Positions 9,701 through 19,272 of a stretch of 32,000 nucleotides of DNA are shown here, in pieces. The translations under genes and the position numbers were made by a program. The notes below the pieces were generated by a model. It was given only the letters and a program-made list of their open reading frames with translations. It was not told the origin of the DNA and did no database searches. The first letter of the stretch is position 1. Every line of letters begins with the position of its first letter. Source of the DNA: Microcystis aeruginosa NIES-843 (GTDB lineage Bacteria > Cyanobacteriota > Cyanobacteriia > Cyanobacteriales > Microcystaceae); the NCBI RefSeq assembly GCF_000010625.1, contig NC_010296.1, positions 3,030,001-3,062,000 of the forward strand. Direction: 5' to 3'.

Positions 9701-12426
9701 ATATAACCTATAAAAAACATCATATTAAACAAACGCTTGAACCCCTTAAGAAATCTATACAAAAGGCTCTGGAAGTTGGCGATCTTGAATTTGCTTGCCA
9801 TGGGGCCAATTTCTACTGCGATCATTTATTATTTGTAGGGAATAACTTAGAATTCGTTCACAATCAGCAAAAACAATATATTGATTTTATTGCTCAATAT
9901 CAGCAAGAACATCCCTTAAATTTAATCAAAATATGCGCCCAATTTGTTGAAATTTTAGTAAATGAATCAGTCGTCAAAAAATTGACGGGTACTATGCTCG
10001 ACGAGGAAAAGTCTTTAAGGCAGTTACTCCAAGTTAACAATCGAATTTCTGTCTTTAATATTTATTTTTATAAAGCTTGGCTTTGTTACTTGTTTAAAGA
10101 TTATCCTCAAGCAATAGAAAACACTAGGATCGCCCTTGAATATTCAGGTTTTGTGAAATCAGAAATTATTTTTACAGAACATAATTTTTATTATTCTTTG
10201 GCATTACTAGCTCAATATCCATCCCTCGACCAAAAAAATAAAAAACAATATCTTAAACAAGTCCAAGAAAATCATAAACTGATGAAATGTTGGCAGGATC
10301 ATGCCCCGATGAATTTTCAGCATAAATACAATTTAATACAGGCAGAAATAGCTCGTGTTTTGAGAAAACCTTTGACAGCAATGAAATATTATGATAGTGC
10401 TATAGCAGGAGCAAAAAAATATGAATTTATCCATGAAGAGGCTTTAGCCTATGAACGTGCCTCTGAATTTTATTTTACTTTAGGTAGAGAAGAAATCGGT
10501 AAACTATATCTCAGAAATGCCTATCATTGTTACATTCGTTGGGGTGCAAAGGCCAAAGTTAAACAATTAGAAGAAGAATACCCTCAATATTTATTAGGCA
10601 TCAGCAATCAAAACAAATCTAAAGGACTGAGTACCACCATTTCAACTACTGGTAATGATGGAGCAGTTCTGGATTTAACCACTATTCTCAAAGCCTCGCA
10701 AGCAATTTCTGGAGAAATTAAACTGGAAAATCTCCTAACAAATTTAATGAAAATTGTCATTGAAAATGCAGGAGCTCAGAAAGGTTGTCTGATTTTAGAA
10801 CAGGAAGGAAATTGGGTCATTGAAGCTCAAGGAACAATTGATCAAGAAACGCTTAATATCTTACAGCCGATTCCCATAGAATCTATCGACTATGATCATT
10901 CAATTCCTATCTTACCCACCAGTATTATTTACTATGTCGCTCGGACAAAAGAAACTATCGTTTTAAATGATGCCACTTCATCAGGTCAATTTACCAACGA
11001 TTCTTACATTATTGCTAAAAAAACTAAATCCATTCTTTGTACTCCTTTACTCAATCAAGGTCAATTAAAAGGAATTGTTTATTTAGAAAATAATTTAACA
11101 ACAGGCGCATTTACCTCAGAAAGGGTTGAACTATTAAATATTCTAGCAGCTCAAGCCGCTATCTCTATTGATAACTCAAGACTCTATCAAACCTTAGAAC
11201 AAAGAGTAGAAGAACGGACAAAAGAACTCACAAATACTTTAGAGGTACTGAAAGCAACCCAAGCAGAACTTATCTTTGAAAATGACCTGCTTAAAAGTGC
11301 TGAACAACCTCCCAAATTTGTCTATCAAGTGGGGGGCAGTTTACCGATGGATGCACCGAATTATGTGGTTCGACAAGCCGATCGCAATCTTTATAAAGCT
11401 CTCAAACAAGGTCTATTTTGCTATGTTTTAAATGCACGTCAAATGGGAAAATCTAGCTTAATGGTACGGATGATGAGCCAATTACAAAAGGAGGGAATTA
11501 GATGTGCAGTAATTGACTTAACTCGGCTAGGAACAGACAATATTACCCCCGAACAATGGTATAAAGGATTAGCCGTTGATCTGCTCCGCAGTTTTGGATT
11601 AATCAAACAATTGAAAACTTTTAAAGCTTGGTGGAATGAACAATTAGACCTGCCTCCTGTACAACGATTAGGACAATTTATAGAAAATTTTCTTCTAGTT
11701 AATGACGATTTTGATCAGCGGCAATCTAGACAATCGACTGTTATATTTATTGATGAAATTGATAGCATTTTGGGGTTAAAATTTGATGTCTCTGACTTTT
11801 TTGCTTTAATTCGTTCTTTTTATAACCAGAGAGCGATTCAACCTCAATTTCAAGAGCTAACTTTTGCCTTTTTTGGTGCTACCACACCTTCAGCTTTAAT
11901 TACTGACCCCCAGAAAACACCTTTTAATATTGGTAACGCTATTGAATTAGCAAGTTTTAAGGAACACGAAGCCCAACCTTTATTATATGGGTTAACAGAA
12001 AAAGTCAGCAATCTTCAGACCATGCTCAAACAAGTCTTAAGCTGGACGGGAGGGCAACCTTTCTTAACTCAAAAACTCTGTCAACTGATGCGGGATAGCG
12101 AGCAACCAATCCCCTCTAATCAAGAAGAACAATGGTTGGCCAACTTAGTAGCAGAAAAAATTATTCAAGATTGGGAGATGCAGGATCAACCCGAACATTT
12201 AAAAACCATTCAAGATCGCCTTCTTCAAAGTCCAAACCGACCCCAGTTATTAACCTTGTATCGACAAATCCTCCATCAAGAACCAATACAGATTGATAAC
12301 AATCCCTATTTACCTGAGTTATTTTTATCTGGATTAGTGGTAAAGCGTCACGGGAAAATGGACGTTCATAATCGGATTTATCAGACGATATTTAATAATG
12401 ATTGGCTTGAGCGATCGCTGTCTTAA
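6715..12426 (+). CDS. Multidomain signalling protein: Hanks-type Ser/Thr kinase, P-loop NTPase (AAA_16/STAND-like), helical/TPR-like region, GAF, coiled coil, and a C-terminal 'AAA-like' P-loop NTPase module
   Basis: Kinase motifs: [15 protein letters not shown] (7090..), DFS in place of DFG (7153..), AYMSPEQ. First P-loop GYSGIGKTS (about 7720) with [12 protein letters not shown]-like region about 10670-11195. Coiled coil [24 protein letters not shown]. Second NTPase from about 11323: [24 protein letters not shown]...[10 protein letters not shown] (Walker A, about 11431) and VIFIDEIDS (Walker B, about 11738). A GGAG RBS lies 14 bp after the upstream stop codon. Confidence 0.85.
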   Translation: MLALPNYEINHKIYEGVKSVVYRGKSCQKEQPVIIKVLKAEYPSIEEIVCWRQEHEIIQNLNYDGVVKSYGLVNYRHVFALILEDFGGQSLAKFLTTQHLSISQFLTIAISLADILIKIHQVPIIHKDIKPSNILINQETKQVKLTDFSIASNLTFERQTITNPRFLQGTLAYMSPEQTGRMNRRIDYRSDFYSLGVTFYEMLTGMLPFRSQDLMELVHCHIAKQPPPLEQFSVPPMISNIVRKLMAKNAEERYQSAAGLKFDLETCLCQLEKQSRLKIFALGERDYPNQLLIPQKLYGRSQEIVRLLEAFKRVANPKVAGVEKVESAIEIMLVSGYSGIGKTSIVNEVQKAIVEARGYFIRGKFEQLKRNIPYLALIQAFQELIRQLLTENQEEIESWKDDIIRAITPNAQIIIDVIPEVELIIGKQPEVPQLNSLEAENRFNQVFKEFIKVFCTPNHPLVIFLDDLQWIDSASLKLLQLIVTDKRGKYLFFIGAYRDNEVSSTHPLTLMLEKLKTTHLVINHLEIQPLYYDNVRQLIEETFNGKVNRDELKDLAELIFYKTQGNPFFISQFLKTLYSENLITYQVNIDRWIWSSEAIQSVGITDYNVVELIARNIGKLPEKTQQLIKLAACIGNSFSLDLLAFVQQKSISATAKELAIALQQGFILPQSEDYKLPLLFDQIEYQQLNLENVEIKYKFLHDRVQQAAYSLIPESERKANHLQIGQFLLKKTTTQAQENKLFDIVNQLNFGIDLLKDTSDKEQLCQLNLRAGKKAKSANAYQASVNYLHFACQLLLLDSWQKQYELTFNIYLELVEAHYLNTNLETADNLCDFALLHVRSPLEQVKFYEIKIKINLARGAIDLALNNGQKALEILGISLVESPPQALNIEKLARLGVMKEPNKLMAMKIFSLIYAPACFAESSIALPILYTEITLSQQYGNSPPVVYAYAVYGIIVSWLMLDIDLAYQLGQLSLRVLEKLNAKDFWSKAYVSISINITYKKHHIKQTLEPLKKSIQKALEVGDLEFACHGANFYCDHLLFVGNNLEFVHNQQKQYIDFIAQYQQEHPLNLIKICAQFVEILVNESVVKKLTGTMLDEEKSLRQLLQVNNRISVFNIYFYKAWLCYLFKDYPQAIENTRIALEYSGFVKSEIIFTEHNFYYSLALLAQYPSLDQKNKKQYLKQVQENHKLMKCWQDHAPMNFQHKYNLIQAEIARVLRKPLTAMKYYDSAIAGAKKYEFIHEEALAYERASEFYFTLGREEIGKLYLRNAYHCYIRWGAKAKVKQLEEEYPQYLLGISNQNKSKGLSTTISTTGNDGAVLDLTTILKASQAISGEIKLENLLTNLMKIVIENAGAQKGCLILEQEGNWVIEAQGTIDQETLNILQPIPIESIDYDHSIPILPTSIIYYVARTKETIVLNDATSSGQFTNDSYIIAKKTKSILCTPLLNQGQLKGIVYLENNLTTGAFTSERVELLNILAAQAAISIDNSRLYQTLEQRVEERTKELTNTLEVLKATQAELIFENDLLKSAEQPPKFVYQVGGSLPMDAPNYVVRQADRNLYKALKQGLFCYVLNARQMGKSSLMVRMMSQLQKEGIRCAVIDLTRLGTDNITPEQWYKGLAVDLLRSFGLIKQLKTFKAWWNEQLDLPPVQRLGQFIENFLLVNDDFDQRQSRQSTVIFIDEIDSILGLKFDVSDFFALIRSFYNQRAIQPQFQELTFAFFGATTPSALITDPQKTPFNIGNAIELASFKEHEAQPLLYGLTEKVSNLQTMLKQVLSWTGGQPFLTQKLCQLMRDSEQPIPSNQEEQWLANLVAEKIIQDWEMQDQPEHLKTIQDRLLQSPNRPQLLTLYRQILHQEPIQIDNNPYLPELFLSGLVVKRHGKMDVHNRIYQTIFNNDWLERSLS

Positions 12427-12447
12427 TACCATGGTTCAAAAATTTAT

Positions 12448-13785
12448 TTATACTGAACCAGTATATTGACTTATAAAGTACTTTTGATACAACTGACAAC
12501 TGACAATTGCTTTATTTTCTCTGAGTTTAATTAAACCCATACTATTAAGTTTATAAGCAATAATTGGATCGACTATTATTGGTTGATTACCTTGACAAAT
12601 CTGTTGAAAAACAGCGGCAAGTTCGGGTTGTTTTTGTAAAGTGACCCAGTGCAGCTGTAAATGAGAGGAATAAATTCCCGTTGATGTAATTGCTGATTTG
12701 ATTAAATCTGGCATCGTGATTTGCTCTTGGCTAAGATGATAAATCGCTAAATGAATCAAGGCAGGATGTCCCCCCACTAAGTCGATCAACTGTTGAATTT
12801 CGTTGGTTGCTAATTCATTTAATTGATATTTTTTTGCCAATTCTGCCACTTGTTCTTGACCAAAACCCTGTAACTCTATGGGTAATCCCACATTAAAAGG
12901 AGACTGTTCTAATCGCAGAGAAACATAAGATTCTGTGGATTGAACAATAATTAAACGTAATTTCTGCCACAGGGGAGATCGCTTAGATTCTTCATAACAA
13001 GCTCTGATTAAAGGTAAAAAATCTTCTGCTACTTTCGGATGTTCAAAGACTCGATGCACTTCGTCTAAAGCCAATACCAGTGGCTGTTTTATCTCTCGTA
13101 AAATATACTCTTCAAAATAAATTGTCCAACTCATTTTAATTCCTATATCTTCATCCCAATAATCATCTAATTTGGCTTCTAAATTCAACTGCCGAGCGCA
13201 ATTACGGCAGATCCAGCGTAAGAACTTGTTAAAATTTGCTATGATGTCTTGGTCTGCTTTTTGTAAATCTAAACTAACAATTTGATAACCGAATTGCTGT
13301 TGACAAGCCTCTAAAATTGTTAATAATAAAGACGTTTTCCCCCATTTTTTGGGAGCTTTAATGCGTACTAACGCCCCAGATTGTCCGATTTCCTCGATAA
13401 TTTTTGCTTCAAGTTTTGTTCGTTTTAGATAATAATAAGAATTATAGGGAACAGGAGCATCTGGGTATTCTGGACGCTCATTTTGGAGATATTCCTGACC
13501 GCAATACTGAAGCGATGTGGAGTTGGTAAAATGAGATTGTAGTCTAGATAAAAAATTTTTTTTATTGATCGTTTCTCCGATCAGTTGCGAGAGTCTATCA
13601 TAGAGTCCTGGGGCAACTACATTGGCAAGATAGCTGCTACTATAACCATTTTCTTGGGCAATTTCTTGATAGTTCTTTTTCTGCCAAAGTCCTCGCAATA
13701 ATAATTGTTCTGTGTCATTGAGACAGCGATTCTCAAGCTTGAGCAGTTGCCCATTAAGAATCTCTTGGATTTCCTCGAATTTCAT
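12448..13785 (-). CDS. HTH-like N-terminal domain + 'AAA-like' P-loop NTPase, paralogous to the C-terminal module of the 1903-aa protein
   Basis: Walker A APKKWGKTSLL, Walker B LVLALDEVH. The C-terminal ...AYKLNSMGLIKLRENKAIVSCQLYQKYF parallels ...[23 protein letters not shown] in the neighbouring gene. The N-terminal ~70 aa (LNDTEQLLLRGLWQKKNYQEIAQENGYSSSYLANVVAPGLYDRLSQLIGETINKKNF) resembles, from memory, the LuxR-like 'vWA-MoxR-associated protein N-terminal' module. The ORF track starts at 13872. I prefer the internal ATG at 13785 (MKFEEIQEIL...) because the first 29 codons look non-conserved. Confidence 0.75.
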   Translation of the reverse strand: MKFEEIQEILNGQLLKLENRCLNDTEQLLLRGLWQKKNYQEIAQENGYSSSYLANVVAPGLYDRLSQLIGETINKKNFLSRLQSHFTNSTSLQYCGQEYLQNERPEYPDAPVPYNSYYYLKRTKLEAKIIEEIGQSGALVRIKAPKKWGKTSLLLTILEACQQQFGYQIVSLDLQKADQDIIANFNKFLRWICRNCARQLNLEAKLDDYWDEDIGIKMSWTIYFEEYILREIKQPLVLALDEVHRVFEHPKVAEDFLPLIRACYEESKRSPLWQKLRLIIVQSTESYVSLRLEQSPFNVGLPIELQGFGQEQVAELAKKYQLNELATNEIQQLIDLVGGHPALIHLAIYHLSQEQITMPDLIKSAITSTGIYSSHLQLHWVTLQKQPELAAVFQQICQGNQPIIVDPIIAYKLNSMGLIKLRENKAIVSCQLYQKYFISQYTGSV

Positions 13786-14231
13786 TATTTTTGTCCAAGG
13801 TAAGAAGATTTGAAGAAATAGATTATTTGATTTTCCAGTTCCGTTGCAGCCAGAAACCCTGAATCTTGACATAACAGCACCGATTCAAAATAGAATTGGT
13901 ATATTTGACAAACAAGCTGACGAGAACCAGTAACCGACAAAATTGTGCGATGGCAACCCTGAGAGGGATTAGTTTCCCCCCTTGCTAGGAAATTATAGCA
14001 TTTCTTGTCAAGGTCAATTACACGGCAGCAATTATCTCTTGATCATTTCTATCAAAACCCCTAAGTCTTCCGCGTCTAACCCCTCGATAATCCTATTAAC
14101 AATTAGTTCGGAAAAATCCTCACAGGAGTTGACTAGACAGGGTTTTAGCAATCAGATGTACTGCATTTCAACTGCCTATTGGCAATTTTAGTACAGTGGC
14201 TGCTCCCAATCTTGCCAACAACTCTGAACAG

Positions 14232-15491
14232 TTACTGTTCATCCCTCAATACACTTGCTCCCAGAGCTTCTAGGGTTTCTTGCAGCATTTCAGCGCGAGA
14301 TACATTACCCTGATCTTTCAATAATTGTAGGCCTTTTTGCCAAATCTTGATCGCCTCATTATAACTACCGAAAACTATATAAGCAACCCCTAGATTTTGG
14401 TAAATAGTGGGATTATCCTGGTTTAACTTGAGAGCTTTTTTATAAGCTTTAATCGATTCTGGTAGCCGATGCAGTTGTTTGAGAACCAGTCCTAAATTAT
14501 AGTAACCATCGGCATAGCTAGGATCAATTTCTACGGTTTTCTCAAAGACAGATAAGGCAGCTTCGTAGTTTTCTGCTTCGTATAATAACCCACCGAAATT
14601 ATTATAAGCACCCAGTTTTAATTTATCTAAAATTGGCTGCTTAATCGCTTTAACAAAATGATCGGCTGATTGCTTAAATTCCTCCACTGAATAATAATAA
14701 TTAGCGAGATGATAATATAACTCGTATAAAATATGCGGATTAGAGCCATGGCATTTTAAACCATGTTTGAGCAGCTTAAAACCCTCTTTATCCCTGCCAA
14801 TCTTCAGATATAACCCTCCCAATTTACTACACACATAGGGATCGTGGGGATGTTGCTGATAAAAACCCTCCATCGCTTTTCTTGCCCGTTCAAACTTATC
14901 TAAGCTGGCTATTTTATCGACGGTGTAACCGTAGTGAAAGATAGCAATTTCTGGCAGTTCAACTATTTTCCAACCAGGTTCTTTTTTTAATAAAATGGCC
15001 ACATTATCATCAATAATTGAGTGATAGGGTCGGGTAAAAGTGACCTGAGGATGTCGGCGAAATAGCCGCGAAATTAGAGAATAAGGTGATTGTACGGCTC
15101 CGATTTCATGGCGGATTAAATTAATCACTAAATTTTCCTCTTTTTCCATTGCCCGACGCATTTTCGGTACGATAGCGGCATTTAATTCCTCATCAGCATC
15201 AAGGACTAAAATCCAATCGCCAGTAACATATTTTAAAGCCTCATTTCTGGCATCGGAAAAATTACCCCGCCAATCGTAGCTAGGAACTATGGCACCGTAA
15301 CTTTGAGCAATAGCAATCGTATCATCGGTCGAACCCGTATCCATAACGATCATCTCATCCACCACCCCTTTAACGCTATCCAAACAGCGCCGGAGATTTT
15401 CGGCTTCATTTTTGACAATCATGCAGAGACTAAGTTTAGGCATAACTTTACTCACTCTAGCGGTCAATCTTGAGGGATAGCGGCTAATCAA
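14232..15491 (-). CDS. Family 2 glycosyltransferase fused to C-terminal TPR repeats
   Basis: LSLCMIVKNEAENLRRCLDS...MDTGSTDDT...LVLDADEEL (GT2 fold with DxD), followed by several TPR-like repeats (...AEDYYNLG.., AIKIWQKGLQL..). The likely true start is the ATG at 15443 (MPKLSLCMIVKNE). The ORF-track start at 15491 is also possible. Confidence 0.8.
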   Translation of the reverse strand: MISRYPSRLTARVSKVMPKLSLCMIVKNEAENLRRCLDSVKGVVDEMIVMDTGSTDDTIAIAQSYGAIVPSYDWRGNFSDARNEALKYVTGDWILVLDADEELNAAIVPKMRRAMEKEENLVINLIRHEIGAVQSPYSLISRLFRRHPQVTFTRPYHSIIDDNVAILLKKEPGWKIVELPEIAIFHYGYTVDKIASLDKFERARKAMEGFYQQHPHDPYVCSKLGGLYLKIGRDKEGFKLLKHGLKCHGSNPHILYELYYHLANYYYSVEEFKQSADHFVKAIKQPILDKLKLGAYNNFGGLLYEAENYEAALSVFEKTVEIDPSYADGYYNLGLVLKQLHRLPESIKAYKKALKLNQDNPTIYQNLGVAYIVFGSYNEAIKIWQKGLQLLKDQGNVSRAEMLQETLEALGASVLRDEQ

Positions 15492-15516
15492 TAACCCACT
15501 GATTAGCGCTCACCGA

Positions 15517-18195
15517 TTATCGATCATCCTCTGAGTCTACCTTAAACCGTTCTACCGAAGAAAGCAGCTCCCGGGAGATACTCACCAATTTTTGCAGAGA
15601 ACCCGCCACCCGTTGGGATTCTTGGGAAGTTTCCTGAGCGGTTAACTCCACCGACTGCATAACTTGGGCGACATTGAGGGAATTTTCCCGTTGTTTGACC
15701 GTATCGGCGGTAATCGATCGCACCAGCGTATCGATGCGATTAGAAACTTGGATAATATCTTCTAGGGACTTCTTCGCCTGTTCCGAGCGCTCGGTGACAT
15801 CGATAACCTGTTGAATCCCTTCCTCCATCGCCGTCATTACCGAACCCGTTTCCGATTGGATATGTAAAACGATCTGTTCAATTTCCTTAAGCGATTTAGC
15901 GGCTCTATCGGCCAACTGACGCACCTCATCGGCCACAACCGCAAAACCGCGGCCCGCCTCTCCTGCTCGCGCCGCTTGAATCGAGGCATTAAGAGCCAAT
16001 AAATTGGTCCGCGAGGCAATCTGAGAGACTACCGCGACAATTTTCGAGATTTCCTGGGAAGCTTCCGCCAAACGCTTGACTTTTCGCGCCGTTTCTGATA
16101 CGGTCTCGCGGATTTGTAGAATTCCCGCCACGGTTCTTTCCACGGAATCGCCCCCCTTCAGGGCGGTAATCGAGGAAGTGCGGGCGACTTCTTCGGCTTC
16201 TCTGGCGTTTTCTGCCACCCGTTGAATTGAGTCGGTCATCATCTGTACCGAATTAAGGGTGACGGCCAATTCCTCCGCCATCCGCAGGGCATCGCTAGAC
16301 TGATTGCGGGCGAAAGATTCACTATTGGTACTGCCTTGATTCACCTGTTTGGCCGCTTTTTTCACCTGTCGGACAATTTCGCGCAGGTTTTGGATAGTCA
16401 AATTAAAAGCATCGGCCACCGCCCCTAAAACATCGGCGCTTACCTCCGCTTCCACGGTCAGATCTCCCCGAGCCGCTCCTTCCACATCATCGAGAAGTCG
16501 AATCACTTGCCGTTGTAAGTCTTCCCGTTCCCGTTCCGTTTCGGCGGCGCGGCGTTGGGCTTCCGTGGTGGTAGTTACCACCACCCGAGCCATCTGATTG
16601 AAACGATTGGCCAGTTGACCGAATTCATCTTCCGAGTAGATCGTCGCTTTAGCGTTAAAATTACCTTCCGAGAGATGATCGAATTGGCTTTGCAGATCGT
16701 TGAGACTGCGCTTAATCTGACTAATTAGCAACTGTAAACCTAGCCAAGTCAGGGCTAGGGTTCCCAGTCCGGTTAATAACATCGTGGTTAGTACCGGTTG
16801 ACTGAAGGGGGAAAGACTGGCTGAGGCTGGCGGTTTCGGGGCCGGTTTGGGGGCAACCTTTTCGGTTTTTGCCTGGCTATTCGGGGCTGGTTTGGCAGCC
16901 AAGAGCGTAGAAAGCCAAGAGGTGGTACTAACGGCAAAAATTATGATCACAGGGGTAATACCCGCTAAGGCCGCTAGGATTAGTTGTTTTTTGCCTAAAG
17001 AAGCGTTGACAAAAAAGCCTAATTTGCCCGGATTGACTTCCACCACTGGCTTGAGCAAGAGTTCGGAGGCATGGGTAAGATGACTATCTCTTTTGTCATT
17101 GGGGGTTTTTAGACGAGAAGGATTAAAACTAGGCTCTCCCACACCAGAACTGGCATTAAGGTGCGCACTGGGTTCGGGGAGAAAACCACCACTTAAAGCT
17201 TCCCCCCCCGAAGGGGTAAATAGCTCCCAGTCCCCCAGTCCTTGAACCGTATCCGTCAGAGCCAGTGGGGAAAAACCGTCTAAATCCTCATCATTGAGTT
17301 CTGGTTGCCCAAAATCTCCGGTTTCGTCTTCCTCGTCTCTTTGTTGAGTGACTCTGCCCTGATTAGGGCCAGTTTTTGCCCCTTGTGGGTGGGTCGATTC
17401 CAGGTCAATGGCAAAAGTGCTTTCTTCTAGGGTATCCCTATAGGATAACTCCTGATCTCTACCGGTGAGGGGATTTCCCCCCAGAGCAGAGGAAACCATA
17501 AAAGTGGCTTCTCCCGTTGACCCTAACTCACCGTCCCACCCTTCCTCCAGCGAGTCAATCTCCGCCGCTTCTAAAAAGGGGAAAGGGGCTTCCCCCTCCG
17601 CCGAATCGCTAGACCACTGGGAACCGTGAGAGCCAGGGCCCGGCAGGGTAAGGGAACTAAAGGCGGTTTCCTCCGATTCCTCAAAATCATCGTCATAGGA
17701 ATGGACTTTACTTACCGTAGGCTCGCTGGGATCCTCCTCATTGAAAAGACTACTATTCCAATCCAGCCCTTTTTTTTGTCCATCGGGGGCAGCCCCTTGC
17801 GACTTCCAGGAGCGAGAACGGTTAAAACTTTGACTTGGATCGAAAGCTGCCTCGCTGTAGGCAATGCTTTCCGTAGCAGCGATCGTAAAATCTCCCTCCT
17901 CGGCTTCAAAACGCAATTGCCGAATCTGATCGAGACCACGCTGGGCATAATCGACTAGATCGGAGCTAGTGGGAGAATTTTTAGCCAATTGCAGCACTTT
18001 TTCGTAACGTTCCTCCGCCAATCTGTATTGTTGTAGTCCTAGATGAATGTGACCCTGTAAAAGCATGACATTGGCATCCTCGGGATACTTGCTGATCATC
18101 TCTTTGACAATGACGGCGGCATCCTCAAGGTTGCCCTGGCAATAGGCGGTGTTAGCCTTTCTATAAAGTTTTGCGTATTCTGTCCCTGACGGCAT
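15517..18195 (-). CDS. pilJ: Methyl-accepting chemotaxis protein of the type IV pilus taxis system (PilJ/HmpD-like)
   Basis: It has the highly conserved MCP hairpin-tip motif [38 protein letters not shown]-like segment follows two hydrophobic helices. The N-terminus has TPR-like repeats and a long acidic low-complexity region. It sits downstream of CheY- and CheW-like genes and near hmpF. Confidence 0.85.
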   Translation of the reverse strand: MPSGTEYAKLYRKANTAYCQGNLEDAAVIVKEMISKYPEDANVMLLQGHIHLGLQQYRLAEERYEKVLQLAKNSPTSSDLVDYAQRGLDQIRQLRFEAEEGDFTIAATESIAYSEAAFDPSQSFNRSRSWKSQGAAPDGQKKGLDWNSSLFNEEDPSEPTVSKVHSYDDDFEESEETAFSSLTLPGPGSHGSQWSSDSAEGEAPFPFLEAAEIDSLEEGWDGELGSTGEATFMVSSALGGNPLTGRDQELSYRDTLEESTFAIDLESTHPQGAKTGPNQGRVTQQRDEEDETGDFGQPELNDEDLDGFSPLALTDTVQGLGDWELFTPSGGEALSGGFLPEPSAHLNASSGVGEPSFNPSRLKTPNDKRDSHLTHASELLLKPVVEVNPGKLGFFVNASLGKKQLILAALAGITPVIIIFAVSTTSWLSTLLAAKPAPNSQAKTEKVAPKPAPKPPASASLSPFSQPVLTTMLLTGLGTLALTWLGLQLLISQIKRSLNDLQSQFDHLSEGNFNAKATIYSEDEFGQLANRFNQMARVVVTTTTEAQRRAAETEREREDLQRQVIRLLDDVEGAARGDLTVEAEVSADVLGAVADAFNLTIQNLREIVRQVKKAAKQVNQGSTNSESFARNQSSDALRMAEELAVTLNSVQMMTDSIQRVAENAREAEEVARTSSITALKGGDSVERTVAGILQIRETVSETARKVKRLAEASQEISKIVAVVSQIASRTNLLALNASIQAARAGEAGRGFAVVADEVRQLADRAAKSLKEIEQIVLHIQSETGSVMTAMEEGIQQVIDVTERSEQAKKSLEDIIQVSNRIDTLVRSITADTVKQRENSLNVAQVMQSVELTAQETSQESQRVAGSLQKLVSISRELLSSVERFKVDSEDDR

Positions 18196-18284
18196 TTGCC
18201 CCTCCCCTAGTAAAGTTAAATGAAGTAGTTAGTAGTTTCAAGAAAGAATTCCTATAAATCCTATTCTGCTATTTTTTTCAGGTT

Positions 18285-18815
18285 TTAAGCTGCCCAACGG
18301 GCAAAACGGAGTATGGCCAGATAATCGAGTAGTCTTAAGGTTTTTTTTGATTCTTGGCCCAGAATCCACTCTCCCTGCACATAGAGGGCGATCTGATCGG
18401 GAATACTGGCGGCACTACCTAGTTTATCTGGGTCGAGCCATTCCATATCTCCCAAACGTTCCACCGCTAAACCGAGGATCGTTTCCTCTTCTTTGATCGC
18501 AATTATGGGAATTTCGGCTCGATCGGTGTTTAAGCGGCTGCTATCCCCCAAAAATTGCCCGAGATCCGCCACCCAGATCACTTGACCCCGGAGATTGATC
18601 GTGCCGAGGAGCAAGGGTGAAGCATTGGGAATGGGGGTAATGCGATCTAGTGGTTGCTGTATTACCTCGCAAATTCCCACGGCACTAAGGGCAAACTCGT
18701 CCTGAGAGGGTAGATAAAATCGCAAGTACAGTTCACCGACGGGAGTTTGTAATTCCTGATTGTCGGGGGCGATATTTTGAGCGTTACCAGCAAAAAAATC
18801 GGCGTTGTTAAGCAT
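18285..18815 (-). CDS. pilI: CheW-like coupling protein (PilI/HmpC-like)
   Basis: 176-aa single CheW domain (..LRFYL...FALSAVGICEVIQ...ITPIPNASPLLLGTINLRGQVIWVADLGQFLG..). It lies between the CheY-like and MCP genes on the same strand. Confidence 0.85.
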   Translation of the reverse strand: MLNNADFFAGNAQNIAPDNQELQTPVGELYLRFYLPSQDEFALSAVGICEVIQQPLDRITPIPNASPLLLGTINLRGQVIWVADLGQFLGDSSRLNTDRAEIPIIAIKEEETILGLAVERLGDMEWLDPDKLGSAASIPDQIALYVQGEWILGQESKKTLRLLDYLAILRFARWAA

Positions 18816-18906
18816 GAGTTTAGTTCTCTTGCAACTAATAATTCGGGCGGCGTTTTTAGCTGTCTTGACCTATGCCATAGCTAGACTGTCCCCGGTGAGG
18901 GCGATT

Positions 18907-19272
18907 TTATCGGCGCAACAGTTGTTTAATGGTATAAATGAACTCAATCGGTTCAAAGGGCTTGACAATGTAGGCATCGGCTCCGATTTTCATGCCCCAA
19001 TAGCGATCAAAGACTTCCCCTTTCAAGGAACAAATCACCACCGGGACATTTTTGGTTTTTGGATCCGACTTGAGACGACGACACACCTCATAACCATTCA
19101 TGCGGGGCATGACGATATCGAGGACGACGAGATCCGGATTGGCTCTCTGAATATGTTCGAGGGCTTCCACCCCATCCGTGGCGATCGTGACCTTAATGCC
19201 GCTATTGCGGAGTAGATCACAGATCAGTTCCCTTTGCGTTTGGCTGTCTTCTACCAGCAATATTTCGCTCAT
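18907..19272 (-). CDS. pilH: Single-domain CheY-like response regulator (PilH/HmpB-like)
   Basis: 121-aa receiver domain: ILLVEDS (acidic pocket), DLVVLDIVMPRMNGYEV (phospho-acceptor Asp), ICSLKG, ADAYIVKPF. It is the first gene of the pilH-pilI-pilJ string. Confidence 0.85.
   Translation of the reverse strand: MSEILLVEDSQTQRELICDLLRNSGIKVTIATDGVEALEHIQRANPDLVVLDIVMPRMNGYEVCRRLKSDPKTKNVPVVICSLKGEVFDRYWGMKIGADAYIVKPFEPIEFIYTIKQLLRR

Noticed and set aside
13982-14191. 69-aa plus-strand ORF in the spacer between the NTPase and GT2-TPR genes. I also checked it as a possible displaced 3' end of the amidohydrolase.
   Set aside because: The translation is Ser/Ile-rich and not protein-like. No frame here resembles the missing amidohydrolase C-terminus (no D-Y-P-H-x-D-like motif).
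15837-17958. Five ORFs of 60-110 aa (15837..16019-, 16349..16597+, 16847..17083+, 17626..17958+, 17712..17948-) inside the pilJ locus
   Set aside because: All lie within, or antisense to, the well-supported 892-aa MCP gene. They have Arg/Ser/Pro-rich, low-complexity, non-protein-like translations typical of shadow ORFs in a relatively GC-rich gene.
18805-19215. 136-aa plus-strand ORF
   Set aside because: It is antisense to pilH and the pilH-pilI spacer. The minus-strand CheY-like translation is unmistakable, so this is a shadow frame.
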